A stretch of 64,000 nt of DNA from an uncultured Armatimonadetes bacterium (lineage in GTDB: Bacteria > Armatimonadota > UBA5829 > DTJY01), in NCBI GenBank assembly GCA_963717145.1, contig OY970325.1, positions 128,001 to 192,000 of the forward strand. Direction: 5' to 3'. Each line of letters opens with the position of its first letter. The first letter of the stretch is position 1. Position numbers and translations under genes: made by a program. The notes under the pieces are model-generated. The model was not told the origin of the DNA and searched no databases. It saw only the letters and a program-made list of their open reading frames with translations. Of the stretch, positions 9,737-20,616 are shown one piece after another.

Positions 9737-11042
9737 TCAGAACTGCGGGAGGTACTCCGCCTGGGCCGCGAGGAGTTCATCCGCGAGCTTCTCGGCGGTC
9801 TTCATCGATTCGACCGCGCCGTCGAGCACCAGCGCCTGAATGAACTTGCCCCGGCTGCCCTGAAGCGCGGCCTCGACCGTCGTCTCGACCCACGCGAGCC
9901 GTGTCGCCAGCGTGCCGACGATCCCGACGGGCAGGGGAGCCTGAGCGATCGGATGCATCCCCGATCTGTCGGCGATGGCCGGACTCTCGACGACGGCATC
10001 CATCGGGAGGTTCGGGACCTGCCCGGCATTCGGAAGGTTGGCCGAATAGGTGCGCCCGGCGTCGGTGCGGATGCTCTCGATGATCTCCATCACCTGCTCA
10101 TGCTCGCCGCCGATTAGCTCGAAAAAGTCCTCGGTGAGCGGCTGATCGGACGCCGCGACCTCCTTCATCTCCTCGAAGATCGCGTCCCCGCCGGCGATCG
10201 TCCCCTCGAAGCTGTATGCGTCGACCCCGAGCTTCTTGCCATAGTAGTCGCCGGTGCGGAAGAACTGCGTGAAGAACTCGGTGATGTGCCGGTCGAGCAC
10301 CGCCGGGAACGCGCCGAACAGCTTCGTCATCTGCCAGGTGAAGATGCTTAACTCGTCGGGCGGTGACTGGCCCAGCTTGGCGATGTTCTCGTCGGCGATC
10401 TGCATCAGCCGGGGCATCACGTCCTTGCCGCCGATGCTGATCTCGGTGAACCATGTGAGGTGGTTCGATCCCGACGGCGCTATAGTCGATATGCCCTCCG
10501 AGGACATGCGAAAGGAAGTGCGCCACGTGAAAAACGCCATGGCAGAGGCCGACCATGTTTGCGCCGGTCGCCTTTCGGACGCCTCGGCACACGGGGCCCA
10601 TCGGGTTGCCGTAGTTGAAGAAGAGAGCGTTCGGAGCGAGATCGAGCACGTCCTCCGCGATGGCGACCATCGAGTTGATCATCCTCAGCGCCCGAGATGT
10701 CCCGCCGGGCATCACGCTGTCACCGACGGGCTGATAGATGCCATACTTGCGAGGGATGAACACGTCCTGCTCCCACGCTCGCCGTCCGCCGACCCCGATG
10801 GTGCAGATGATCGCCGTCGCGCCGGGGAGGACATCCCTGCGGTCGAGGGATGCGCTCAGCGTGATCGGCGACTTCCGCGCCTCGATCATCTTGCGCGTGA
10901 GGCCTTCTGCGACGGCCAGGGCCTCTGGGTCGATATCGACGAGCGCCAGGTCGCACTCCTGGCCGCGCTGGATCAGGTCAGCGACCATCCCGCGTGTGAA
11001 CATGGCGCTCCCGGCTCCTACCAGTACGAACTTCTCTCTCAC
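9737..11042 (-). CDS. Family 4 glycoside hydrolase (alpha-galactosidase/glucosidase-like), frameshift ~10470
   Basis: GAGSAMF NAD-binding motif, QPVGD..PGG..RALR, NYGNP, GLCHGV, NHLTW. Confidence 0.88.
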
Positions 11043-11064
11043 GGCACATCTCCTTACTAACAAC

Positions 11065-11173
11065 ACCGTCAGTCCTGAGTAGCCGGTGAATGACGGCGTA
11101 ACGAAGGACGGCTCGGTGCAGCAAGGCCGTCCTTCGTTACGCCGTCATTCACCGGCTACTCAGGACTGACGGT
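11065..11173. repeat. Perfect long palindrome (48-bp arms, 13-nt loop), copy 2
   Basis: Same family as 6546-6643. Confidence 0.95.
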
Positions 11174-11209
11174 TTCTGCGCGGGTATAATGATGGTTTGT
11201 CCTGAATGG

Positions 11210-11446
11210 TCAGGCTGCGTCTGCGGCCACAGGTACCGACACGACTACGTACTCAGCGATCGATTGCGTCTCGGGGATCGGCAAGCCGTCCTCCAGCATC
11301 CCGCGTACATGCATCTGGATGGCCTGGTGCATATTGCGCTCCGTATCCTCGATGGTCTTCCCTGTAGCTATGCACCCCGGGAGGTCTGGTGAGTAAGCCG
11401 AGTAGTTGCCGTTTGCCTTTTCGATCACAACCAGGAACCGATACAT
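11210..11446 (-). CDS. hicB: HicB-family antitoxin
   Basis: YSAYSPDLPGCIATGKT..E..IP motif, downstream of HicA. Confidence 0.9.
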   Translation of the reverse strand: MYRFLVVIEKANGNYSAYSPDLPGCIATGKTIEDTERNMHQAIQMHVRGMLEDGLPIPETQSIAEYVVVSVPVAADAA

Positions 11447-11456
11447 TCTTTGCCTC

Positions 11457-11642
11457 CTACTTCAGGCCAGCCTGTTCCAGTATACTGTTCAGCGTCTTGG
11501 GCGCCACGTCATCGCTCGGGTGACCGGCGATTGTTACCCGTCCCCGCTTTGTGGCATGTTTGTATTGTCGGTGACTGCCTTCGGTCGTCACGAGATACCA
11601 ACCGTCGGCGATTACCCGCTTGACTATATCACGTACTTTCAT
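11457..11642 (-). CDS. hicA: HicA-family mRNA interferase toxin
   Basis: GW..GSHRQYKH..VTI..H..TLNSILxQAG. Confidence 0.9.
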   Translation of the reverse strand: MKVRDIVKRVIADGWYLVTTEGSHRQYKHATKRGRVTIAGHPSDDVAPKTLNSILEQAGLK

Positions 11643-11676
11643 CGGTGTCCGAACTCGTCATCTGCCCGTCGGTCTC

Positions 11677-13923
11677 CTAGAGCACCGACTTCACCGCTGC
11701 GATGATATCATCGCGCTTCGGGACGACGGCGTCTTCGAGCGGCTCGCTCATCGGGATCGGGCACGTCCTTGCCCGCCAGGATCACCGGCGGGGCGTCGAG
11801 GTAGTCGAAGCCGATCGTGCCGTCGGCGAACCGATACTCGCTCACGTCGCGGACGATCTCCGCGCCGATGCCGCACCGGAGAATCCCTCCGAGACGGTGA
11901 TCAGCCGGCCGGTCTTTCGCACGGAATTGGCGATCGTCTCGACATCGAGCGGGTTCAGGGTTCGCGGGTCGATGACCTCGACGTTGATCCCTTCCTTCTC
12001 GAGTTCGAGAGCCGCGTCCATCGCGAAGTGCAGCATGCCGGCAGTAGGCCACGATGGTCGCGTCCGTGCCCTCGCGCTTGATGTCGGCGACACCGAGCGG
12101 GATGATGTAGTCGTCGGTCGGGCACCGGGCCCATCACGCCGCTGTAGAGGACCTTGTGCTCGATGAAGATCACCGGGTTGTCGTCGCGGATCGCGGCCTT
12201 GAGCAGGCCCTTCGCGTCGTATGGCGTCGAGGGCATCACGACGTAGAGGCCGGGGATGTGCACGAACCATCGCCTCCAGGCTCTCGGAGTGGTGCGCGGC
12301 GATGCAGCGTCCGACTCCGCCTTCGGTTCGGAGGACGCGTCGGGACCTTGGTCTTGCCGCCGAACATATAGCGGTTGTAGCGCCATGTTGTGGACGAGCT
12401 GGTCGGAGGAGATGGTCAGGAAGTCGATGTACATGATCTCGGCGATCGGCCGCATGCCGCGCATGGCCGCGCCCGCCGCCGCTCCCGCGATCGCCGCCTC
12501 GGAGATCGCGGTGTCGATCACGCGCTGTCGGGCCGAACTCGTCGTAGAGGCCGCGGGTCGCCGCATACGCGCCGCCGTAGAGCCCGACGTCCTCGCCCAT
12601 GATGAACACGGTCTCGTCGCGCTTCATCTCCTCGCGCTGGGCGTCGACGATCGCCTGGCCGTAGGTCATGATCGGCATCCCGAACTGCTCTTCGAACTTG
12701 GTCGTCGCTTCCTTGTTCAGCTTCGGCAGAGCCGTCTTCGCCACGACGTCCGACTGCTCGCGGAGGGATCGCCGAATCTCGGTCTCGATCGCGTTGATCT
12801 TCTGCGCGACCGGCTTCTCCTGAGCCTTCTGCGCCTCCCAGGCCTTCTTGTCGACCGGCACGTAGACGTCGTCGTACAGCTCGCTCACGTCGGGATACGG
12901 GCTGTCGATCGCGAACTTGGTGGCGTTCTCGATGCGTCTTGACGGCCTTGCCCTCGATCGCGTCCAGCTCGGCCTCGGTGGCAGACCGCCGTCCAGGAGC
13001 TTCTTGCGCAAAGCACGTGATCGGGTCACGCTGCCTTCCACTCGGCTTCCTCTTCCTTCGGGTGCGGTAGACGCGCTGGTCGCTGATGGAGTGGCCGTAC
13101 CAGCGGTAGGTCTTGCCCTCGATCAGGGTCGGTCCGCCGCCCTTGCGCGCGCGCGTCGACGGCCTTCGTGACCGCCTCTCGACGGCGAGCACGTCCATGC
13201 CGTCGACGATCACGCCCGGCATGCCGTAGGCCGCCGCTCGGATCGGCGATGTCCTCGATCGCTCGACGCCTGCCCGGCGCACGTCGACGGACTTGTCGTG
13301 GAACGGGACGGACATGCCGTAGAGGTTGTTCTCGCAGATATAGACGATCGGCAGGCCGCAGAGCATGCGTCGCGCCCATGTTGAGCGCTTCGTGGAAGCT
13401 GCCGGTGTTGGTCGCGCCGTCGCCGAAGAAGCAGAGCACGACGTCGCCCGTGCCCTTGAGCTTCTCGGCCAGCGCCGCGCCGGTGCCGATCGGGATGTTG
13501 CCGCCGACGATGCCGGTCGAGCCGAGGTTGCCCTTCTCGACGTCCGCGATGTGCATCGAGCCGCCGCGGCCCTTGCAGTAGCCGGTGGCCTTGCCCATCA
13601 GCTCGGCCATCATCTTGTTCCAGTGGTCCTGGCGCTCGGCCTCGGTGCTGGGCATGCTTGTCGCCGATCGCGCCGCAGTGGCCGTGACCTCGGTGGGTGC
13701 TGGCGATCACGTCATCCTCGGTGATCGCCGAGATCGCACCGACCGCGACGGCTTCCTGGCCGGCATAGAGATGCGACGCTCCCTTGATTATGCCGAGTTT
13801 GAGCAGCTCGGCGACCTTCTCTTCGAAGAATCGAATCTCATACATCTGGCGAAGGAAATCGCCCAGCGTCTCTTTGCCCAATCCGCCGAAGGATTCGGAC
13901 TTGCGAGCAAGTGTTTTTGCCAT
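11677..13923 (-). CDS. Fused E1 alpha/beta 2-oxoacid or acetoin dehydrogenase, with many frameshifts
   Basis: [62 protein letters not shown] across shifting frames; alpha end runs into beta start in one frame. Confidence 0.82.
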
Positions 13924-14157
13924 GAGGAACTCCTTTGCGCGTAACCGGTTTCTTCAGCGATGATTGTAATGCCTTGGCGGCCCGTTCGTCAAGGTCATAT
14001 GGAGTGCAGACCCTCACCCCCGACCCCTCTCCCGGGGGGCGAGGGGGGTTGGCGTCTCCCCTCTCTCGGGGGCGAGAGCCCGCGTGCCGCTGTTTCCCGC
14101 GTGTCCCGCAGGGGAACATATATATCGGAAGACTCGACATGGAGAGGATGATGCGAG

Positions 14158-14649
14158 ATGACGGAGACAATCACGGATGATGCCGGCATGGAAGAGCCGT
14201 TGATACTGGAACGCCTGAGCGACCTCCACGACCAGGATGAATACCTGGCGAACTACCCTGATATACGAGGCCGCGCCGTAGTGAATCCCGTGGGAGAGGA
14301 GGTCGGTACGGTCGACGACTTGTACGTGAATCCGAGGCGGCGAAAGGTGGAGATGGCGGCAATCACCTTCACCGGCCCGGTCGGTTCCGGCGGCAAGAGC
14401 GTCCTGGTGCCGGTTGACGAGATCCGCCACGATGAGGACCAGGTGAAGATCATGACCGCATACGCTCGAATCGAGCACGCACCCGAGTTCCATCCCGACG
14501 CGCTGAACTACGAGTCGTGTTGCGACTTCTGGGGAGACGAAGCCGCCGATCCTCAGGACAGGCCCGGAGAGCGCAACCCCCTTCCACCGGGACGCCTCGA
14601 ACTCGAGGATGAGGACGAGTACGAGCGATCACTCGCCAGTGAGGAGTGA
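14158..14649 (+). CDS. PRC-barrel domain protein
   Basis: DIRGRAVV..GEEVGTVDDLYV..K.VLVPV..I..APEF. Confidence 0.8.
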   Translation: MTETITDDAGMEEPLILERLSDLHDQDEYLANYPDIRGRAVVNPVGEEVGTVDDLYVNPRRRKVEMAAITFTGPVGSGGKSVLVPVDEIRHDEDQVKIMTAYARIEHAPEFHPDALNYESCCDFWGDEAADPQDRPGERNPLPPGRLELEDEDEYERSLASEE

Positions 14650-14722
14650 ACGGTGACCCCGGTGCACTTTCGGCCCGAAATGGCGTATCATATGTGTAAC
14701 GACCGTACCGGGAGATACCATT

Positions 14723-15676
14723 GTGATCCGTGAAGATACTCAGAGCCGCGCATGGTGGCTCGTTGCGGTGATTATCCTTCTCGCGGCATCGGCTGTGTCT
14801 GCGCAGGAGTTCACCTTCAGCTTCTCCATCACCGGCTACCAAAAGGATACACGGTTCGGAGAGCCGGCCGGACTCGCCGTGTCCGATCGCCTGAACACGG
14901 TCTACGTTGCCGACGTGAAGGATTCCGCGCTGTATGCCTTCGACCTCCAGGGGACTCCGAAGCCCATCAGGGCTGACCGGGAGAAGATCGGCATCCTGTA
15001 TGCGGTCGCCGTCGACAAAGACGGCAGCGTGTACGTCGCCGCCAACGACGCCGCCCCGATCAAGATAATCGACCCGAAAGGCGAGATTGCCACCCTCGAA
15101 CTCCAAGCGCCCGAGGGAGATCAGAAGCCGAGGCCCGGGCGGATGACGTTCGATCGTGACGGCAACCTGTACGTAGTCGATCGGGCCAACTCGCGGCTCT
15201 ACGTGCTCGACAAGGACCGCAAGCTCAAGATGCGGATCGGCGGCAAAGGCAGTAAGCGCGGCGAATTCCGGCAACTGCAGGATGTCGCCGTCGACCGCCA
15301 GGGACGGATCTACGCGCTCGATGCGCTCGGGATTCCGGTCCAGGTCTTCGATAAGAAGGGGAAGTACCTCTACCGGTTCGGATTCCACGGAGGCGGCGAT
15401 CAGGACATCGGCACTCCGAATGCGATCACCCTCGATCGGAACGACCAGGTCTGGATCGTGGACAAGGGCCAGCACTGCCTCAAAGTTTTCGATCGCGCGG
15501 GCGAGTTCCTGCGACGGCTCGGGACATATGGGGTGGGCGAGGGGACGCTCTTCGACCCGGTGGACATCGAGATCGACGGCTCGGGGAAGGTATACGTGGC
15601 AGAGGCCGGTGGTCGAAGGATACAGGTATTCCTCGTCAGCAGGCCGTACGAGACCTTCACGTCCCCAGGTTTTTGA
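14723..15676 (+). CDS. Secreted NHL-repeat beta-propeller
   Basis: Signal peptide; repeated (V)AVD.DG.(V/I)YV.D....I.VFD. Confidence 0.85.
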   Translation: MIREDTQSRAWWLVAVIILLAASAVSAQEFTFSFSITGYQKDTRFGEPAGLAVSDRLNTVYVADVKDSALYAFDLQGTPKPIRADREKIGILYAVAVDKDGSVYVAANDAAPIKIIDPKGEIATLELQAPEGDQKPRPGRMTFDRDGNLYVVDRANSRLYVLDKDRKLKMRIGGKGSKRGEFRQLQDVAVDRQGRIYALDALGIPVQVFDKKGKYLYRFGFHGGGDQDIGTPNAITLDRNDQVWIVDKGQHCLKVFDRAGEFLRRLGTYGVGEGTLFDPVDIEIDGSGKVYVAEAGGRRIQVFLVSRPYETFTSPGF

Positions 15677-15739
15677 CACGTTTTGCTCAATAAGGTATAC
15701 TCAGAATCGCATTTCCCAAACAATAAGGAGCCGTCACAC

Positions 15740-17163
15740 GTGGAAGATGAACTGAACAGACCGTCCCAACCGGATAGCGCAAAGGAACCGGGACTTATCA
15801 GAGCCTTGTGGGTGTTCTTCAGCTCGATGAAGACGGCAATCACACTGCTCCTCCTGCTGGCCATCGGATCGGTGATCGGCACCATCATCCCCCAGGGCGG
15901 ACCGCCGGAAATGTACATTCAGAAGTACGGCCAGGGGAACGGATCCTCTTCCGCGCACTCGGTCTCGATGACGTGTTCCACTCCGGTTGGTATGTGTTTC
16001 TGCTGACGATGGTGTGCGTCAACCTGACGGTCTGCAGCATCAACAGGTTCAAGCTGGCCTGGCGGAAGGCGTTCCAACCCAAGTTGTCGGCGAAGGCGGA
16101 TCAGATCCTCGGCATGCAGGTGTCCGACAAGCTCACAGGTCCCGTCGAGAACGCCGAGTCGAAGGCCGTATCCGCTCTCCGAAGCGCGGGCTACGGAGTG
16201 ACCACGGGTGAAGATGGCGGGGACCGATGTGTGTATGCCACTAAGGGCCGAATGGGCATCTGGGGGCCGTACATGACGCACCTGAGTCTGCTCGTCATCT
16301 TCGCGGGGTATATTCTAGGGAACCAGCTTGGCTTCGAAGGATTCACGTATATACCGGAGGGCGCGCAGGTCGGCAACTACTATCCGGACGGAGCAGAGGA
16401 ACCGCGCAACCTTGGCTTCGAGGTCAAGCTCATCGACTTCACCATCGAGCACGACGCCGGGCACAACCCAACTGCGTATAAGAGCCGGTTGCAGGTGTAC
16501 GATAAGGGCAAGATGGTTGCGGAGAAGACCATCGACGTGAACCATCCGCTCACATACAAGGGGATCACCTTCTACCAGAGCGACTTCGGCATCGAGGGGC
16601 TGATCCTCAGGATCGTGGCGCCCGACGGCGGCGCTTCACAGGTTCGTATTCCCGTGCATACGCAACAGGGCGAACGCGGCAAGGAATTCGTGCCGGAACT
16701 CGTGCCGATCGAAGTGAATACCGGCGGCAAGGCCTGGACCATCTTCACCCACAACTTCATCCCCGACTATATCGGACCGCCCAAGTTCAGCGCCTCCGAT
16801 CTGCCTCTCAACCCGGCGGCGGAGGTCTACGTCAACGAGCACTTCACCGAGGACAGGACCGATTGGCACGGGGTCGGATGGGTATCAGCGGATGCCCCGG
16901 CCACTTACAAGGGTCACAAGATCGAGTTGGAGCAGGTGATCGACTCCACCGGGCTTCAGGTGGCAAGCAATCCGGCGCTTCCGGTTGTCTACGCCGGATT
17001 CGTGATCATGCTGCTCGGGGTGTTCGCGTCGTTCTACATTCATCATCGCGTGATCCGGGTGAGGGTTTCCGATCAGAGCGTGGTCGTCGGGGGCTCGTCC
17101 CGCGCCGATACTTTCGTCCTGGAGAAAGACATCGCCCGGGTAAAGGCCGCCTTGTGCGGGTAG
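15740..17163 (+). CDS. resB: Cytochrome c biogenesis protein ResB/CcsB, frameshift ~15940
   Basis: FSSMKTAI.LLLLLAI.S.IGT.IPQ, LTVCSINR, THLSLL, IxVNHPLTYKG..FYQS, TGLQV..P..PVVY.G. Confidence 0.88.
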
Positions 17164-17178
17164 ATCCGCTCCCCGCGC

Positions 17179-17817
17179 CTATCCACCAATACCGAGTTCC
17201 CTCAGCACTGCCTGTTCGACCGCTGATAGATCTCCTTCGGGTGGGAGTTCGAGGGTGATCACCGGAAGCTCGCGCTCCCAGCCGTAGTACGTGCCCATCG
17301 AGCCGGGGCACGGATACCCGATATCACCCTTCGCTGGGAGTCCGCAGCACTCCGACATCCGCTCGGCGATCGGAGCCGCGCGCGAGCCGTTATAGTTCAC
17401 GCAGGCCAGAGGCTCATGCAGCGTGATGATGAGGTGAGGCTCGAAGCGCCGGACGACATCGAGGATCGCACGGGTCTCCGGCTCGGAGGCAGGGACGACT
17501 CCACCGGGCGCGTCCTCAGTGCCGACGAAGTCCTTTGTAGGGAAGTTGCGGTTGATATCGATACCCCGAGCGTTCCGGCGAGTCCCGGCCTCGTAGCCGT
17601 CAGGGTTGGCGAGCGGTATGACTACGATGCGGTCGTCGAGGCGCTCGCATGCCCTGAGCCTCGCCAGTAGCGAGCCGACCAGTCCGACGCCGCACTTCTC
17701 GTCTCCATGGACGCCCGCCATCAGCAGGATCGTGCGCTCTCCCTCTCCGAACGAGAGCACCTCGATCGGGCGACCTTCTACAGATCCGTGTATCGGTGGT
17801 TCTGATTTGGACATCAT
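17179..17817 (-). CDS. M14 zinc carboxypeptidase (murein peptide amidase MpaA-like)
   Basis: GVHGDE, NPDG, RxNARGIDINRNFP, EPET, LH, ITLELP. Confidence 0.85.
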   Translation of the reverse strand: MMSKSEPPIHGSVEGRPIEVLSFGEGERTILLMAGVHGDEKCGVGLVGSLLARLRACERLDDRIVVIPLANPDGYEAGTRRNARGIDINRNFPTKDFVGTEDAPGGVVPASEPETRAILDVVRRFEPHLIITLHEPLACVNYNGSRAAPIAERMSECCGLPAKGDIGYPCPGSMGTYYGWERELPVITLELPPEGDLSAVEQAVLRELGIGG

Positions 17818-18884
17818 AGCCTCAGGGCGACCGGGTTCTCGATCCATATTGGAGAGGAGTAGGCGGTCGGGCCGTCGGTCTTATCCGCGCAGTAGACCTG
17901 GACGAAGTAGTACTTCTGCGTCGGAACTAGGGCAAAATTCCAGGAAGCAGTATGTGTTGAGAACTCCTTGGTTCGGCAGACCTTCCCATTCTCGCCGACG
18001 AACTCGATCCTCGTAATCAGGTCCTTCGCATCCCTAGTATCAGGGTCGGTGATACGGATCGAGCAGGTAATGTTGGCCGCTTCCCGGATAACCGAGCCCA
18101 TGATCTCGCCGTTCGCGCGGAAGGTCAGCCGAAGGTTCCTGTCCCAGGTGGCGTAGACCCGGCGCGTCCTCATCGCCTGCATGATGCTCTCGCGGGTGAG
18201 GCTCGGCGCGAGCACGCCTGTCCTGTACTGCTTCTGGGCGATCATCTGAGTGCCATGTGCATCCAGGGAGGCGATCGGCGCGAGTCTCCATCCCTTGTTC
18301 AGCGCGGCGAGGTAGGCCTCAGTTCGGGCGTTGCTGTTGCCGCTGAACAACTCGAACATGGTGACGCAGTCCCGGCGAGCGGGAGTCAGGTAGCCATAGC
18401 TGTTGTAGGTATCCTTGCCGGGATGGTTGAACGATGCCGCCACCTTCGTGGACTGCTCCGTCACCAGCCAGTCATAGAAGACCGGGAAGGTCACCTTCGG
18501 CCCGGTGGCGTCGAGGGTGGTTGCCGTATTCAGGGCATTGAGGTGTCCTCTGCCGTCGGGGCCGTCGTTCTCGGAAAACTCGAAGCCGGCGATGGCGATG
18601 AACGAGCTGTCGGTGGCTTCGTCCGCCTCACGCTTGGTAGTCTCATAGTTCTCGGGCGTGTATCCCTTGAGCCTGGCCAGTGCGTGGTCAGTGATGGCAT
18701 AGAAATCATAACCCGCGGCCTTCGCCAGGCGGAAGTGATCGGCCGGGTTCTCCTTGCCGTCGGAGAAACGGCTGTGGGCGTGCGTGCTCCCGAAGTAGTG
18801 ATGGTAGATCTCAGCCTGTGCCGACGCGGCCGTCAGTAGAAGGATGATGAGAGCGATGAGCGCGCGACGAGTATTACGAGTCAC
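17814..18884 (-). CDS. Secreted PHP-domain (CehA/McbA-like) metallohydrolase
   Basis: H.HS.FSDG, ITDH, GHLN, FNHP, DAH, YSSPIW. Confidence 0.8.
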   Translation of the reverse strand: MTRNTRRALIALIILLLTAASAQAEIYHHYFGSTHAHSRFSDGKENPADHFRLAKAAGYDFYAITDHALARLKGYTPENYETTKREADEATDSSFIAIAGFEFSENDGPDGRGHLNALNTATTLDATGPKVTFPVFYDWLVTEQSTKVAASFNHPGKDTYNSYGYLTPARRDCVTMFELFSGNSNARTEAYLAALNKGWRLAPIASLDAHGTQMIAQKQYRTGVLAPSLTRESIMQAMRTRRVYATWDRNLRLTFRANGEIMGSVIREAANITCSIRITDPDTRDAKDLITRIEFVGENGKVCRTKEFSTHTASWNFALVPTQKYYFVQVYCADKTDGPTAYSSPIWIENPVALRL

Positions 18885-18926
18885 GTGGGACCTCCGGAGA
18901 TAGTAACTGTCAGTACTATTCGCCGC

Positions 18927-19502
18927 TCACCGGCCTGTGAACTCCTTTTTCGCTCGCCCTGTGATCTCGATGATGAAGTCGGCCTTCGCATCGGTGTACG
19001 CTTCGCGGTCGTTGCGGTGGGTTTCGGCGAGTTGGTACTTCAGCAGCTCGTACTCCTTCGCCGTCTCGGGATACTTCCGTAGGTAGTCGCGAAAGAACAC
19101 TCGGTCCATGAGCGGATGATCAGCGGGCGCCATGTGATAGTGGTACTTGATGGGCGTCTCGGGGTAATACCCCTTCCAAAACGCCATGTGTCCTGGTGGA
19201 GGACCGTTCGGATAGCCGTAACCGGTCCCCTGATCCATCAGCACGGGCACAATCTCACGAATTGCCTCTTCGAACGACGTGATCTCCGCGATCAGGTCGA
19301 TGGTCGGCTTGGCGGCTAGGCCCGGAACGGCGGTGCTGCCGATGTGCTCGATGTGCACGATCAGGTCGCCGAACTGCTCCCTGAGGAGTCGCGCCTCCGC
19401 CTCATACAGCTCCGGCCATTGGGGATCGTGTTCCACGATCTCGATGGGGAATATGCGACCGAGCGCTTCTGTGCTCCGGTCATCGTTCGATGGATCGACC
19501 AT
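18927..19502 (-). CDS. GrpB/UPF0157 nucleotidyltransferase-like protein
   Basis: EHIGSTAVPGLAAKPTID, FRDYLR, Y..LK..LA, YTDAK. Confidence 0.88.
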   Translation of the reverse strand: MVDPSNDDRSTEALGRIFPIEIVEHDPQWPELYEAEARLLREQFGDLIVHIEHIGSTAVPGLAAKPTIDLIAEITSFEEAIREIVPVLMDQGTGYGYPNGPPPGHMAFWKGYYPETPIKYHYHMAPADHPLMDRVFFRDYLRKYPETAKEYELLKYQLAETHRNDREAYTDAKADFIIEITGRAKKEFTGR

Positions 19503-19601
19503 GCGACAATCATATTCGCTTCCGAGGTCGGGCGTCAAACGCGACGAGGCCCCTGCCGGAAGGGCAAGGGCCTCGCGTTGATGCTGTGATGTGCGACCGG
19601 T

Positions 19602-20459
19602 CTACTTTCTGCGGCGGATCATCCCTGCGCCGAGCATCCCGATGCCGCTGAGGAGCGCGAGCACACCGGCGGGCTCGGGTACCGGCAGTTGGACGCGGGC
19701 GTCGGTATAAGCGCCCTCCCGCTGCTGAACGGCCACGATGCAGTAGTTTCCGGCGCCGGGCGTCGGTAGACCCGGCTGAAGCCTGTTTAGAAGCGAAGTG
19801 TTAAGCAGCATCTGCCAACTGTCGACGTGCTGGCTCGCCGCGTTCCAGTTCCAGATCAGCCTGCCGCACTGGTACGCGGGAACAGCCGCGCCGTTCCGGG
19901 AGATGTGCTCAGGCTTGTCGAGATCCATCAAGGTGCCGGAGTGTGCGAGCCAATCGGCGGCATAGAACCAGCCCGTCGAGCGCATGAAGACCCCGCCACT
20001 GCCGGCGGCGGAAGTGCTTCCTACGCCGTTCCCCGCACCCGGCGCGACGGTGCTCGGGGAGAATGTCGCTCCTGAAGTGCCGAACTTGGCGACGAACTTC
20101 GTGGCTTCGCTAAGCAGCCCGTTGACTGCCCCGCCCGTGAATGCACCCCATCCGGCCTCGGACGCGGTGATATTGGCGAAGACGCCTCCGACACCGATGA
20201 CGGTGTCACCCGCAAGCCAGGAAAACGTTCCGTCGCTGATGTTGAGCATGTCGCCGGTCGAAACCGTCAGGACGGAGGAATAGGTGTCGAATGCGTAGTT
20301 CCCGCTCTCGCGGACGTAGACACCGTTCGAGAGCGAGTTACCGCCGGAGGTCCATCCGTCGGCTGAGGGGTTTCCGCTTACGGAGGCAGCGTCGGCCAAG
20401 CCGACGACCGAGATCGCGAGCAGCACTGTGAGTGCCGCCAACCATAGTCTATTCATCAT
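19602..20459 (-). CDS. PEP-CTERM sorting-domain surface protein
   Basis: Signal peptide; C-terminal VPEP + TM + RRRK. Confidence 0.88.
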   Translation of the reverse strand: MMNRLWLAALTVLLAISVVGLADAASVSGNPSADGWTSGGNSLSNGVYVRESGNYAFDTYSSVLTVSTGDMLNISDGTFSWLAGDTVIGVGGVFANITASEAGWGAFTGGAVNGLLSEATKFVAKFGTSGATFSPSTVAPGAGNGVGSTSAAGSGGVFMRSTGWFYAADWLAHSGTLMDLDKPEHISRNGAAVPAYQCGRLIWNWNAASQHVDSWQMLLNTSLLNRLQPGLPTPGAGNYCIVAVQQREGAYTDARVQLPVPEPAGVLALLSGIGMLGAGMIRRRK

Positions 20460-20508
20460 CTTTTCTCCTTCGCTCAGCCGCCGGTCTGTGCCGGCATGCT
20501 ATACTCCA

Positions 20509-20537
20509 AATGTATCACTGAACAGCCGCTATGTCAA
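20509..20537 (-). promoter_or_regulatory. sigma70-type promoter TTGACA-N17-TACATT
   Basis: Upstream of the PEP-CTERM gene start. Confidence 0.5.
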
Positions 20538-20616
20538 CACATACGGGGCGAAGTTGCGAAAAACTGGTATTGTTACCAGGTTCGGGGGATGGATGCGGAG
20601 ACTCCTCGGGACTGAA

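Noticed and set aside
7560-13660. Many frameshifts read as programmed recoding or mass pseudogenisation (also ~15940, ~36645, ~48320, 54700-55270)
   Set aside because: Indels cluster in GC-rich patches while motifs and codon bias stay intact, typical of long-read consensus error; reads are needed to decide
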